From Candidatus Eiseniibacteriota bacterium (GTDB lineage Bacteria; Eisenbacteria; RBG-16-71-46; CAIMUX01; VGJL01), in the NCBI GenBank assembly GCA_041946735.1, contig JBHGAY010000021.1, positions 1-64,000 on the forward strand: 64,000 bases of DNA, written 5' to 3'. How positions within the stretch are numbered: the first letter of the stretch is position 1; each line of letters opens with the position of its first letter. A program made the position numbers and the translations under genes. Shown here in pieces: positions 54,842 to 64,000 of the stretch. The notes below the pieces were generated by a model, which saw nothing but the letters and a program-made list of their open reading frames with translations, did no database searches and was not told where the DNA came from.

Positions 54842-54871
54842 TTGACACGGAATTCCGCGGCTACCTATACT
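54842..54871 (+). promoter_or_regulatory. near-consensus sigma70 promoter of the lipoprotein-barrel operon
   Basis: TTGACA-N18-TATACT, then AAGGAG and ATG at 54908. Confidence 0.7.
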
Positions 54872-54907
54872 GCGGATAGCGAACACCCGAAAGGAGCGGA
54901 TCGTCCC

Positions 54908-55405
54908 ATGAACCGGCTTCCCGCCATCGCCTGGATCTTGGTCGCCGCGCTCGTGAGCGGCGCCGGTTGCTACACGGTTCTCCGCCATCCCGCCGCCGTC
55001 GACATGACGCAGGCGGAAACCGGCGAGCCGCTCTCCTGCGCCGACTGCCACGCCGATGCCAACCTCTACCATCCCTACGCGTACGATCTCGGCTGGTACG
55101 GCTACTACCCGCCCGCCTGGGCGAGCTACTACGCGACCCCGTGGTGGTACGACAGCTATTGGTACTACCCGCATGATGGGGGTTCGGACATTCCGCCCGC
55201 GGTGAGCGGCGGCCGCACGATCTGGAGCCGCGAAGGGGCGGGTGGCAGCAACGCTCCGCTGCCGACCCAGGGAAGCGGCGTGTCCAATCCGACGAAGGAC
55301 AGGCCGAACGATCCCAACGACAAACCCGGCCGCGACGACGGCTCCAAGGACGACGACAAGAAAGACAAGGAGAAGAAGGACGAGCGCCGCCCCTGGAGGC
55401 GCTGA
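54908..55405 (+). CDS. small lipoprotein with CxxCH motif and Tyr/Trp-rich segment
   Basis: Signal peptide ending GAG-C; CADCH; YHPYAYDLGWYGYYPPAWASYYATPWWYDSYWYY; charged tail; promoter and RBS present. Confidence 0.8.
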   Translation: MNRLPAIAWILVAALVSGAGCYTVLRHPAAVDMTQAETGEPLSCADCHADANLYHPYAYDLGWYGYYPPAWASYYATPWWYDSYWYYPHDGGSDIPPAVSGGRTIWSREGAGGSNAPLPTQGSGVSNPTKDRPNDPNDKPGRDDGSKDDDKKDKEKKDERRPWRR

Positions 55406-55430
55406 CCCGCAAACCGGCAAGGAGGAACCC

Positions 55431-56729
55431 GTGCTCCGACGGATCCGCCGCCCCTTCTCGTCGAAGAGGATGGGGCTCGTCCTCATCGCAGCCTCGCTCA
55501 CTTCGGTTCTGTCCACTGCTCCGGCTCCCGCTCAGGAGCCGGTTCCCCTACCGGAGATCCCGTTGACCTTCCGCTCTCCGATCGCCGCGCGCTACGCCGG
55601 CATGGGAGGGGTCTCGATCGCGGTGGCCGACGATCAGGCGGCTGGCCTCTCGAACCCCGCGGGGCTCGGTCTCGTGCGCCAGATCGAGTTCGCGGTCGGC
55701 TTCTCCAGGCAGGATGGCGAGCGCACGATCCGCTATCTGGGCGAAGAGCAAACGGTCGACTTCGGCAAGACGCGCCTCTCGAACGTGGGCTTCGCCTATC
55801 CCTTCCAGACCTATCGCGGCAGCCTCGTCGTCGGGTTGAGCTACGGTCGGGTCGGCAACCTCGACTCCGACTTCCTGAAGGCCGGATCGGGAGGGGCGGT
55901 CCTGAGCGAGGAGGAAGGGATCTTCGAGGAGGGAGGGATGGGCGCGTACGCCGCCACGGTGGCGTTCGAGGCGGCCCGCGGCCTCCTGCTCGGTGCGACC
56001 GGAACGATCCTCAGCGGATCGAGCTACCGTGACCGCACTTTCCGGTACGCCGCCGACGACGGCTTCCGCACGAACCGGCACGAGATCACCGACAGCGACT
56101 TCGACGCGGTGACCGGGAGCATCGGAGCGCTCATGACCTTCTCGCGCGGGATGCGCCTTGGACTCGTGCTCCACCTCCCGGAGAATCTCGATTTCACCGG
56201 GACGGCCGACGACGTGATCGACGGGGAACCCGACCAGTTCGATTTCACCGACGAGATCGACCTTCCCTACCGCCTCGGCGCGGGGCTCGCCCTCGCGCGG
56301 CAGAACGTCGTCGTCTCCGCCGAGGCGACGTACGTCGACTGGACGCAGATCGACTTCGCGGGCCCGGTCCGCACCCGCGACCGTGAGTATGCCTATCGAG
56401 AGACGCTCGACCTGCGCATCGGCGCGGAGGTCCTCCTTCCGATCCAGTTCCCGCTGCGCCTGCGCGCCGGCTATGCGTATCTTCCCCTTCCCTATCAGCT
56501 CGTCCTGACCGACGTGGTGAATCAGTCCTACGAAAAGGCCCGCTTCGATCCCGACCGGCACTACTTGACGGCGGGAGCCGGGATGCTGCTCGGCGATCTC
56601 GTGACGCTCGACCTCGCCTACATGCACGGCGGATTCACGCGGGCCGACAAGACCCGCGCGCCGGAGCTGTTCCGCGAGGAGGAGAGCGACAACCGCATTC
56701 TCGGAACGCTTTCCCTCCGCCTGCACTAG
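55431..56729 (+). CDS. FadL/OmpP1/PorV-like outer-membrane beta-barrel
   Basis: Signal peptide; ARYAGMGG..IA.ADD......NPAGL hatch motif; alternating strands; LR.G.E, LR.GY, LD.AY; GTG after AGGAGG. Confidence 0.85.
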   Translation: MLRRIRRPFSSKRMGLVLIAASLTSVLSTAPAPAQEPVPLPEIPLTFRSPIAARYAGMGGVSIAVADDQAAGLSNPAGLGLVRQIEFAVGFSRQDGERTIRYLGEEQTVDFGKTRLSNVGFAYPFQTYRGSLVVGLSYGRVGNLDSDFLKAGSGGAVLSEEEGIFEEGGMGAYAATVAFEAARGLLLGATGTILSGSSYRDRTFRYAADDGFRTNRHEITDSDFDAVTGSIGALMTFSRGMRLGLVLHLPENLDFTGTADDVIDGEPDQFDFTDEIDLPYRLGAGLALARQNVVVSAEATYVDWTQIDFAGPVRTRDREYAYRETLDLRIGAEVLLPIQFPLRLRAGYAYLPLPYQLVLTDVVNQSYEKARFDPDRHYLTAGAGMLLGDLVTLDLAYMHGGFTRADKTRAPELFREEESDNRILGTLSLRLH

Positions 56730-56753
56730 CGAGCCGCGCGCTGGGCGGGGATG

Positions 56754-56774
56754 GCTGGCGGGCCCGCCGCCAGC
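56754..56774. terminator. GC hairpin between convergent barrel gene and rnc
   Basis: GCTGGCGG-gcccg-CCGCCAGC perfect 8-bp stem; no U-tract on either side. Confidence 0.35.
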
Positions 56775-56850
56775 GTAGCGCGGAAGCGCAGGAGCGGCGG
56801 ACCGCAGGGGCGACGCGCCGGAGAAGCTGCGGGAGCGGGGAGCGGCGCGC

Positions 56851-57684
56851 TCAGGCCTTTGCGGAGTCTTCCCCTTCGGGACTCGCCGGGGAGGGACCGA
56901 GCTGCAGAAGATCCGAGAGGGGAATGCGGCTCTCCTCGGCGTGAAGATGACCGAGCGCGTCTCCGGCGGCGTTCTGCTCCGCCTCCTTCTTGTTCCGGCC
57001 CTGCCCCCTCCCAAGCAGCGATCCGCGCACCGAGACCTCTATCGTAAAGAGCTTCTGGTGGTCCGGGCCAACCTCCGTGACCACGCGGTAGCGGGGATGG
57101 GTCTTGTGGCGCGCCTGGACGTACTCCTGCAAGAGGCTCTTGAAATTGAGCCGGGCGCGGTCGTGCAGGATCGCCTCGGCGGTCGAGAGCAGACGCTCCT
57201 CGATGAACTGCCGGACGACCGCGATTCCACGGTCGAGGTAGATCGCTCCGATCACCGCTTCGAACGCGTCGGCCAGGATGGAGGCGCGCTCGCGCCCGCC
57301 CGAATCCCGCTCGCTGTCGGAGAGGAGGATGAAGTCGCCGAGGCCCAGCGCTTCGGCCCGGTCGGCGAGGACCGCCTTGCTGACAAGGAGCGACTTCTTC
57401 TTCGTCAGGTCCCCTTCGCGATCGAGGGGGAACACCCGGTAGAGGTACTCGATCACGACGAGCTCGAGCACCGCGTCACCGAGGAATTCGAGCCGTTCGT
57501 TGGAGCGGACGGGATCGCCACCGTTGCTGCCGAGGAACGACCGATGGGTCAGCGCCTGCTGCAGCGTGGCGCGATCGCGGAACCGGACGCCCGTCTTCCG
57601 CTCGAAGGAAGCGATCGCTTCCTCTACGGCCTTCGGTCTCTGGACGCCCCTCGAGGATCGTCGCCCGAGCCAGGGAAAGAGCAT
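56851..57684 (-). CDS. rnc: ribonuclease III
   Basis: ALTHRS, NERLEFLGDAVL, ADAFEA.IGAIYLD, dsRBD KS.LQE...GPDH..F, KK.AEQ.AA. Confidence 0.97.
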   Translation of the reverse strand: MLFPWLGRRSSRGVQRPKAVEEAIASFERKTGVRFRDRATLQQALTHRSFLGSNGGDPVRSNERLEFLGDAVLELVVIEYLYRVFPLDREGDLTKKKSLLVSKAVLADRAEALGLGDFILLSDSERDSGGRERASILADAFEAVIGAIYLDRGIAVVRQFIEERLLSTAEAILHDRARLNFKSLLQEYVQARHKTHPRYRVVTEVGPDHQKLFTIEVSVRGSLLGRGQGRNKKEAEQNAAGDALGHLHAEESRIPLSDLLQLGPSPASPEGEDSAKA

Positions 57685-57712
57685 AGATCCAGGCCGGTCC
57701 GCGAACTGCCGG

Positions 57713-58957
57713 CTAACCCTCCTCGTACCTCCGGAAGGCGAGGCTCACGTTGTGCCCCCCGAATCCCAGGGAGTTGGAGAGCGCCACATGAAGTGGCTTC
57801 TTTCGCGCCTGATTGGGGACGTAGTCGAGGTCGCACTCCGGGTCGGGGTTCTCGTAGTTGATGGTCGGCGGAATGATTCCTGTGTCCAGGGCCAACACGC
57901 TGGCAATCGCCTCCACAGCGCCCGCCGCCCCGAGCAGGTGCCCTGTCATCGACTTCGTGGAGCTGACGGCGAGCTTCGAAGCATCCGCTCCGAAGACCGC
58001 GCGGATCGCCATCGTCTCGTACTTGTCGTTCAGCGGCGTGGACGTTCCATGGGCGTTGATGTAGTCGACCTCGCCGGGGCTCAGTCCGGCGGACTCCAGC
58101 GCGAGCTGCATGGCTCTCGCCGCCCCCTCGCCACCGGGAGCCGGCTGGGTAATGTGATACGCGTCGGCGGTCGAGCCGTAGCCGACCATCTCCGCGAGGA
58201 TCTTCGCACCCCGCGCGCGGGCGTGCTCGATGGTCTCGAGAACGAGAATGCCCGCTCCCTCCGCCATGACGAACCCGTCCCGGTCTCGGTCGAACGGGCG
58301 GCTTGCGAGCTCCGGAGCGTCATTGCGTGTGGAGAGCGCCTTCATGTTGGAGAAGCCGGCGAGCGCCAGCGGAGTGATCGGAGCTTCGCTGCCGCCGGTC
58401 AGCATGACGTCCACCTCGCCGATCCTGAGGAGGCGGTACGCCTCGCCGATCGCGTGCGCCCCCGAGGCGCAGGCGGAGACGGTGGCGTAGTTCGACGCCT
58501 TCGCTCCGTACTGCATCGAGATCTGACCGGAGGCCATGTCGATGATCATCATCGGGACGAAGAACGGACTGACGCGAGAAGGGCCGCGCTGGAGAAGCGT
58601 GGAGTACTGAGCTTCCAGCGTCGCGATCCCTCCGATGCCCGAGCCGACGAGAGCCCCGAAGCGCTGCGGATCGAGCGAGTCGAGGACGAGCCCGGACTGG
58701 TCGAACGCCTGCCTGGCAGCGCCCAGCGCGTATTGGACGAAGGGATCGGTCCTCTTGATCTCCTTCGCCTCCATGTAGTCGGCCGGCTGGAAGTCGCGCA
58801 CCTGGCCGGCAAAGCGGACGTCGTGGCCGGAGGTGTCGAAGCGCGTGATCGGTCCGATCCCGCCCCGGCCTTCCAGAAGCGAGTTCCAGAAGGTGGCGAC
58901 CGAAGACCCGACGGGGGACACGACCCCCATTCCGGTGATCACGACTCGATGTGGCAT
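57713..58957 (-). CDS. fabF: 3-oxoacyl-ACP synthase II
   Basis: [55 protein letters not shown]. Confidence 0.97.
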   Translation of the reverse strand: MPHRVVITGMGVVSPVGSSVATFWNSLLEGRGGIGPITRFDTSGHDVRFAGQVRDFQPADYMEAKEIKRTDPFVQYALGAARQAFDQSGLVLDSLDPQRFGALVGSGIGGIATLEAQYSTLLQRGPSRVSPFFVPMMIIDMASGQISMQYGAKASNYATVSACASGAHAIGEAYRLLRIGEVDVMLTGGSEAPITPLALAGFSNMKALSTRNDAPELASRPFDRDRDGFVMAEGAGILVLETIEHARARGAKILAEMVGYGSTADAYHITQPAPGGEGAARAMQLALESAGLSPGEVDYINAHGTSTPLNDKYETMAIRAVFGADASKLAVSSTKSMTGHLLGAAGAVEAIASVLALDTGIIPPTINYENPDPECDLDYVPNQARKKPLHVALSNSLGFGGHNVSLAFRRYEEG

Positions 58958-58977
58958 CGAAAACAGCCTCCCTGGGC

Positions 58978-59223
58978 TCAGCTCTTGGCCTCGAGATGCT
59001 CCTTCAGGTACTGGATCGCATCCTTCACGCGCTCCATCTTCTCGGCCGCCTCGTCCGGGATCTCGATCTCGAACGCCTCCTCGAGCGCCATCACCAGCTC
59101 GACCGTATCGAGAGAGTCCGCGCCGAGGTCGTCGATGAACGAGGCTTCGGGCGTCACCTTCTCCGGGGCGACGCCGAGCTGCTCGACGATGATGTCCCGG
59201 ATCTTCTGTTCGTAGTTCTCCAT
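58978..59223 (-). CDS. acpP: acyl carrier protein
   Basis: [18 protein letters not shown]. Confidence 0.98.
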   Translation of the reverse strand: MENYEQKIRDIIVEQLGVAPEKVTPEASFIDDLGADSLDTVELVMALEEAFEIEIPDEAAEKMERVKDAIQYLKEHLEAKS

Positions 59224-59254
59224 CGCTTCTTCCTCCCGGGGCAGCCCTGCCCCA

Positions 59255-60010
59255 TCACGACATCAACATCCCGCCGTCGACGGCGAGGACCTGCCCCGTC
59301 ACGTACCGGGCGGCATCGGAGGCGAGGAAGGCCACCGCATGTGCGACGTCTTCCGGCGTTCCGAAGCAACCCAATGGGATTCGTTCCCGCATCGCCGTCT
59401 GCACGCTCTCGGGAAGAACCTCCGTCATTGCGGTCTCGATGTAGCCGGGCGCGACCGCGTTGACCGTGACACCGCGCTCGGCGAGCTCCTTGGCCATCGA
59501 CCGGGTCAAACCGATCAACCCGGCTTTGGCGGCCGCGTAGTTCGCCTGCCCCTTGTTTCCCATCAGCCCGACCACCGAGGTCACGTTCACGATCCTACCC
59601 CAGCGCTCGCGAATCATCCCTTTCGCGAACGTCCTCGCGCAGAGGAACGCCCCGCGAAGATTGATCGCGAGCACGAGGTCGAAATCCCCCGGCTGCATCC
59701 GGAGGAACAGGTTGTCGCGGGTGATCCCCGCATTGTTCACGAGCACCTGGATCGGCCCGATCTCCTCGATGACTCGCGAGGCCATCGATTCCACCTGCGA
59801 TGCGTCCGACACGTCGCAGGCGACGTGAAGGCACCGGCGGCCCAGGCTCCGGATCTGCTGCACGACCGGACCGTCGTCGGGTCCCGAACGGTCGACGAGA
59901 ACGACATCCATCCCGTCCTGGGCGAGGCGCACGGCGATCGCCGCGCCGATGCCGCGGCTCCCGCCGGTGACCAGCGCCCTCCGGGCCTGCGTCTCCGCCC
60001 CTGCGCTCAT
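59255..60010 (-). CDS. fabG: 3-oxoacyl-ACP reductase
   Basis: [29 protein letters not shown]; fab operon context. Confidence 0.96.
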   Translation of the reverse strand: MSAGAETQARRALVTGGSRGIGAAIAVRLAQDGMDVVLVDRSGPDDGPVVQQIRSLGRRCLHVACDVSDASQVESMASRVIEEIGPIQVLVNNAGITRDNLFLRMQPGDFDLVLAINLRGAFLCARTFAKGMIRERWGRIVNVTSVVGLMGNKGQANYAAAKAGLIGLTRSMAKELAERGVTVNAVAPGYIETAMTEVLPESVQTAMRERIPLGCFGTPEDVAHAVAFLASDAARYVTGQVLAVDGGMLMS

Positions 60011-60933
60011 CGTGCCACCTCGTCGAAAGAGGCAATCTCTTCCACCGTCCCGACCGATTGGGCGGAGACGGAACGATCGATGGACCGGGCGAGCCCACCC
60101 AGAACGCGCCCGGGACCGATCTCGAGAAAGCGCTCGCATCCCGCCGCGCGCATTGCGCGGATCGTCTCTTCCCAGCGGACCGGAGAGAGGAGTTGGCGGG
60201 CTAGGCTCTTGCGGATGTCTTCCGGCTCGACAACCGGCGCTGCCGACGCGTTCGCGTACACCGGAACGCGCGCCGGGGCGATCGAGACCTGGGCGAGCGC
60301 CTCCTCGAGTCCGCGCGCCGCCCCTTCCATCAAGGGGGAATGGAACGCGCCGCTCACTTCGAGCGGCACCACGCGCTTCGCCCCCGCTTCCTTGCAGAGC
60401 CGCATCGCTTCGCCGACCGCCTCGACCTCTCCCGAGATCACGATTTGGCCCGGGGAGTTCAGGTTCGCAGGCACGACGATCCCCGCAATGCCGGAGATCG
60501 CTTCGCGAAGCGCTTCGGGCGTGAGCCCGAGGACGGCGGCCATCGTCCCCGGCCGGTCGATCCCGGCCTGGTACATCAGCTCGCCGCGCCTGCGGACGAG
60601 ACGCAGGGCGTCGTCGAACGGCAACGATCCGGCAGCGACGTACGCGCTGTACTCGCCGAGCGAGTGGCCGGCCGCGGCGGCGAAGGCGAGGGAGCGGCCG
60701 CTCTCCAGGACGGCGAGCGCCGCCATGCTGTGGACGAAGATCGCGGGCTGGGTGTTTCGCGTCTGGCGGAGCTCCTCCTCCGGACCTTCGAAGCAGATCC
60801 GCGAGAGCGGAAGGTCGAGCACCCGATCCGCTCTCTCGAACCGCTCGCGAGCCGCCGGAAAGGTCTCGACCAGGTCGCGTCCCATCCCGACGAACTGGGC
60901 GCCCTGACCCGGAAAGAGCAAGCCGGTCGTCAT
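60007..60933 (-). CDS. fabD: malonyl-CoA-ACP transacylase
   Basis: FPGQGAQ, TQPAI, GHSLGEY, VSGAFHS, PVRW, EIGPG. Confidence 0.96.
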   Translation of the reverse strand: MTTGLLFPGQGAQFVGMGRDLVETFPAARERFERADRVLDLPLSRICFEGPEEELRQTRNTQPAIFVHSMAALAVLESGRSLAFAAAAGHSLGEYSAYVAAGSLPFDDALRLVRRRGELMYQAGIDRPGTMAAVLGLTPEALREAISGIAGIVVPANLNSPGQIVISGEVEAVGEAMRLCKEAGAKRVVPLEVSGAFHSPLMEGAARGLEEALAQVSIAPARVPVYANASAAPVVEPEDIRKSLARQLLSPVRWEETIRAMRAAGCERFLEIGPGRVLGGLARSIDRSVSAQSVGTVEEIASFDEVAR

Positions 60934-60952
60934 CCCCTCCCTCTCCCTTCGC

Positions 60953-61963
60953 CTACCAGTGCACCAGGGCGGCGCCCCAGGTAAGTCCTCCACCGAACAC
61001 GACCATGAGAACGAGGTCCCCTTCCTTCAGGCGGCCTTGCCTCCAGGCCTCGTCGAGCGCCAGCGGGACAGAGGCTGCCGAGGTATTACCATACCTTTGG
61101 ATGTTGGTGAAGACCCTTTCCATCGGGATCTCCAGCCGCTTGGCCGTCGCCTCGATGATCCGCAGATTGGCCTGATGCGGGACGAGCAGCGCGATCTCGT
61201 CGGTCCGGCGTCCCGCCATCTCGAGCACCTTGACGCAGACGTCCGCCATGCCGCGGACGCCGAGCTTGAACACCTCGTTGCCCTTCATGTGGATCGTGTG
61301 CAGCTTGTTCTGGACCGTCTCCACGCTCGCCGGCATGCGGCTGCCCCCCGCCGGCATTTCGATGAGCGACCCGTTCGTCCCGTCCGCTCCGAGGGAAAGC
61401 GCGAGGATGCGATGATCCTCGTCGCCCGGGCGCAGCACGACCGCGCCCGCTCCGTCCGCAAGCAGGATGCAGGTGGTGCGATCGTCCCAGTTCGTGAGGC
61501 GCGAGAGCAGCTCCACTCCGAGGATCAGGACCGTGTCCGCCTGGCGGGAGGCGACCATCGCCTGTCCGACCGAGAGCGAATAGAGGAATCCGGAGCAGGC
61601 CGCGGAGAGGTCGAACGCCCACGCCTGCGGAGCGCCGAGCTTCGCTTGCAGCAGGCAGCCGGTCGACGGGAAGACCTGATCGGGAGTCACGGTCGCGCAA
61701 ATGATCCCGTCCAGATCCTTCGGACCGATCCCGGCCGCCTCGAGGGCGGCCAACGCCGCGGGATAGCCGATGTCGGTGGCGGCCAGTCCCGGAGGCGCGA
61801 TCCGGCGCTCCCGGATTCCCGTCCGCGTGACGATCCACTCGTCGGACGTGTCGATCCCCATTCTCTCGATGTCGGCGTTGGTGAGGACGTTCTCGGGAAC
61901 GTTGGAGCCGGTTCCGGCGATCCGGACCGGCCTAACCAAGGACCTGTCGATCTCTCTGCTCAC
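60953..61963 (-). CDS. fabH: 3-oxoacyl-ACP synthase III
   Basis: WI..RTGI.ERR, AACSGF, PHQAN.RII, YGNTSAAS, GGGLTWG. Confidence 0.96.
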   Translation of the reverse strand: MSREIDRSLVRPVRIAGTGSNVPENVLTNADIERMGIDTSDEWIVTRTGIRERRIAPPGLAATDIGYPAALAALEAAGIGPKDLDGIICATVTPDQVFPSTGCLLQAKLGAPQAWAFDLSAACSGFLYSLSVGQAMVASRQADTVLILGVELLSRLTNWDDRTTCILLADGAGAVVLRPGDEDHRILALSLGADGTNGSLIEMPAGGSRMPASVETVQNKLHTIHMKGNEVFKLGVRGMADVCVKVLEMAGRRTDEIALLVPHQANLRIIEATAKRLEIPMERVFTNIQRYGNTSAASVPLALDEAWRQGRLKEGDLVLMVVFGGGLTWGAALVHW

Positions 61964-62984
61964 GATCGAGTTCCTCTTTGATCTGAGTGTGGATCCGCTT
62001 GCGGGCCGATTCGGCCGCCACGCGAACCGCGTTCTTGATGGCGAGCGGGGACGAGCTGCCGTGGCTGATGACGCAGATACCGTTCACCCCGAGCAGCGGA
62101 GCTCCGCCGTACTCCTCGTAGTTCAGCTTGTCGCGGAGGCGGCGGAAGACCGGTTTCAGCAACAGCGCCCCGAGGCGGATTTTCAGGTTCTTCTCCACCT
62201 CGCGGCGCACCGTGGACATCAGCATCCCGACCACGCTCTCCGCGAACTTGAGAATGACGTTGCCGGTGAACCCGTCACAGACGACCACGTCCGCCGTTCC
62301 CTTGAGGATGTCCCGCCCCTCGACGTTGCCGATGAAGTTCAGATGCGGGCGGGCATCGGCCAGCAGGCGATACGCCTGGACGGCGAGATCGGAGCCCTTC
62401 GAGTCCTCCTCGCCGATGTTCAACAGGGCGACGCGCGGCTCCGGGACCTGGAAGATCTGCTGCGCATAGACCTTCCCCATGAGCGCGAATTGGTACAGAT
62501 GGGTCGGCTTGCACACGGAGTTCGCGCCGACGTCGAGCAGGATCGTATGGCCGGTCGGCGTGGGAACGAGCGCGGCGATCGCCGGCCGCTGGATCCCGGG
62601 GATGCGCCCGACCGAGAGCAACGCCGAGGTGGCCACCGCGCCGGTGTTGCCGGCGCTCACCAACGCGTCGATCCGCCCCTCCTTCAACAGGCGGGCGGCG
62701 ACCACGATGCTCGAATCCTGCTTGCGCCGGAAAGCGAACGCGGCCCCCTCGGCCATCGAGATTTCCTCGGCCGTGTGGTGGACCTCGATCCCCAACGACT
62801 CGGCTTCTCGACGGTCCAGACGGCGGAAGATCTTCTCCTCGTTGCCGACGAGGACCACACGGATGCTGCCAGGAAACTCCTGCGCCGCATCGATCGCGCC
62901 GCGGACCTCCACGATCGGGGCGGAGTCCCCCCCCATCGCATCGAGGCCCACGCGGATCGGGCCGGCAACAGGCTCCAGGGTCAA
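61932..62984 (-). CDS. plsX: phosphate acyltransferase PlsX
   Basis: DAMGGD, SAGNTGA, RPAI, LDVGAN, LLNIGEE..KG, DGFTGNV.LK, GGAPLLGV, HGSS; start uncertain (TTG 62984). Confidence 0.95.
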   Translation of the reverse strand: MTLEPVAGPIRVGLDAMGGDSAPIVEVRGAIDAAQEFPGSIRVVLVGNEEKIFRRLDRREAESLGIEVHHTAEEISMAEGAAFAFRRKQDSSIVVAARLLKEGRIDALVSAGNTGAVATSALLSVGRIPGIQRPAIAALVPTPTGHTILLDVGANSVCKPTHLYQFALMGKVYAQQIFQVPEPRVALLNIGEEDSKGSDLAVQAYRLLADARPHLNFIGNVEGRDILKGTADVVVCDGFTGNVILKFAESVVGMLMSTVRREVEKNLKIRLGALLLKPVFRRLRDKLNYEEYGGAPLLGVNGICVISHGSSSPLAIKNAVRVAAESARKRIHTQIKEELDREQRDRQVLG

Positions 62985-63003
62985 ACCCGTAGGCGTGGCC
63001 GTA

Positions 63004-63183
63004 CTAGTCGCCCAGCACCTTTTCGCTGCCGTAGTAGCCGCACTCGGGATTCGCGCAGACCCGATGGGGCCGCCGCGCGGCGCCGCAATGCGGGCAACGC
63101 TGCACGGTCGGCGGGGAGAGCTTCCAGTTCGCCCGGCGCTTGTCGCGGCGGGTCTTCGAATGACGCCTCTTCGGAAGAGCCAT
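63004..63183 (-). CDS. rpmF: 50S ribosomal protein L32 (Cys-containing form)
   Basis: MALPKRRHSKTRRDKRR, CPHCG....HRVC....CGYY. Confidence 0.96.
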   Translation of the reverse strand: MALPKRRHSKTRRDKRRANWKLSPPTVQRCPHCGAARRPHRVCANPECGYYGSEKVLGD

Positions 63184-63187
63184 CGGA

Positions 63188-63760
63188 TCACTCCTTCTCG
63201 GTCGTGTCGTCCTGCGGAGGTCTTCCCTCCGCCTTCTCCAGCAGATCGGCCCAGGGGCCATGGGGCCGAACGGGCGGACACCCGCACTCCCCTTCGTTTC
63301 GATTCATGCCGCAACGGGGACACAGCCCCTGGCAATCGGGACGGCAGAGCGGGTGCCAGGGCACCTCGAGCAGGACCGATTCCCGGACCTCCTCCGCCAG
63401 CTTCAGGACCCGGCCGTCATGGTACAACAGACCCTCGTCCTCCGCGATCTCGGACTCCGACCGGCGGTCCCGCTCTCCCTTCTTCTCGCAATAGAGCCGG
63501 AATGCCGACTCGATCCTCTTCTCGACGGGGGCCAGGCACCGGACACACTCCTGGAGGAGGGTGAAGACGAGGATGCCCTGGATCTCGACGTTCTGATCCG
63601 ACCGGAAAAACGTCGCTTCCAGGCGGACCGGCCCCTCGATCCGGGCTTCCTCGGCGCCGATCCCAAGCTCCTCGGCGGTCGCCTCGAGCGAGACGTCGTT
63701 CGCCCCCTCCACCAGGGTGGCGAGCGGGACCTCGAACGGGTGACGGTCGGTGTGGCGCAT
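63188..63760 (-). CDS. yceD: YceD / DUF177 protein
   Basis: CVRCL, P..PLCRPDC.GLCP.CG.N.N...C.C, PW..L; upstream of rpmF. Confidence 0.92.
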   Translation of the reverse strand: MRHTDRHPFEVPLATLVEGANDVSLEATAEELGIGAEEARIEGPVRLEATFFRSDQNVEIQGILVFTLLQECVRCLAPVEKRIESAFRLYCEKKGERDRRSESEIAEDEGLLYHDGRVLKLAEEVRESVLLEVPWHPLCRPDCQGLCPRCGMNRNEGECGCPPVRPHGPWADLLEKAEGRPPQDDTTEKE

Positions 63761-63775
63761 CCCTTCGTCTACCGG

Positions 63776-64000
63776 CTACCGCAGGGAGAGGTCCAGGCCG
63801 AAGAAGGCGATCTCTGCGGCTGCCGTCTCCGGCGCGTCCGAGCGGTGGACCGAATTCTGCTCGATGTTCAGGCCGAAATCGGCGCGGATCGTCCCGGGGG
63901 CCGCCTTCTTCGGGTCGGTGGCCCCGACGACGTCGGCGAGACGCCGGATCGCATCCTCCCCCTCGACGACGGCGGCGACGATCGGTCCGCTCGCCATGAA
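63776..64000 (-). CDS. ndk: nucleoside-diphosphate kinase, 5' part outside window
   Basis: SGP.V, GATDP..A.PGTIR.DF, N.VH.SD, A..EI.FF. Confidence 0.93.
   Translation of the reverse strand, partial: FMASGPIVAAVVEGEDAIRRLADVVGATDPKKAAPGTIRADFGLNIEQNSVHRSDAPETAAAEIAFFGLDLSLR

Noticed and set aside
63835..63860. Ndk active site VHRSD instead of VHGSD
   Set aside because: Catalytic His, Ser and Asp retained; single substitution in a partial gene

Overview
Very GC-rich bacterial chromosomal window, almost all on the minus strand, with no mobile element, prophage or CRISPR array visible. The SprA homologue and the GlmU-like and FadL-like genes suggest a diderm FCB-group lineage outside Bacteroidota, such as Ca. 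Eisenbacteria or Latescibacteria (inference only). Order: tRNA-Cys and tRNA-Gly; aspartokinase; glgA, galT-like, GlmU-like, SPOR, manC; a Wza/Wzc surface-glycan locus with three GT4s, a GT-C, a priming transferase, a UPF0104 flippase-like protein, an NPP-type phosphodiesterase, a Pol-beta-like nucleotidyltransferase and an ExeA-type ATPase; DUF3108, dut, M16 peptidase, pnp, rpsO; the rimP-nusA-infB-DUF503-rbfA-truB-ribF operon; an M28 glutaminyl-cyclase-like gene and a ~2070 aa SprA (type IX secretion translocon) homologue divergent from lptFG; aroB-aroQ-accB-pilT/U-accC; TPR, ECF sigma, zinc anti-sigma and a catalytically degenerate HtrA; a CxxCH lipoprotein plus FadL/PorV-like barrel; and ndk-yceD-rpmF-plsX-fabH-fabD-fabG-acpP-fabF-rnc. 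Best candidates for new biology: (1) ECF/anti-sigma/pseudo-HtrA module where the anti-sigma ends in a PDZ-ligand-like tail; (2) single-heme-motif lipoprotein plus beta-barrel pair; (3) nucleotidyltransferase/phosphodiesterase pair and Walker-A-deficient BY-kinase in a glycan locus lacking Wzx/Wzy; (4) SprA plus glutaminyl cyclase outside Bacteroidota; (5) a PilT/PilU ATPase splitting accB-accC. All calls come from reading motifs by eye; no searches were run and several start codons are best guesses.
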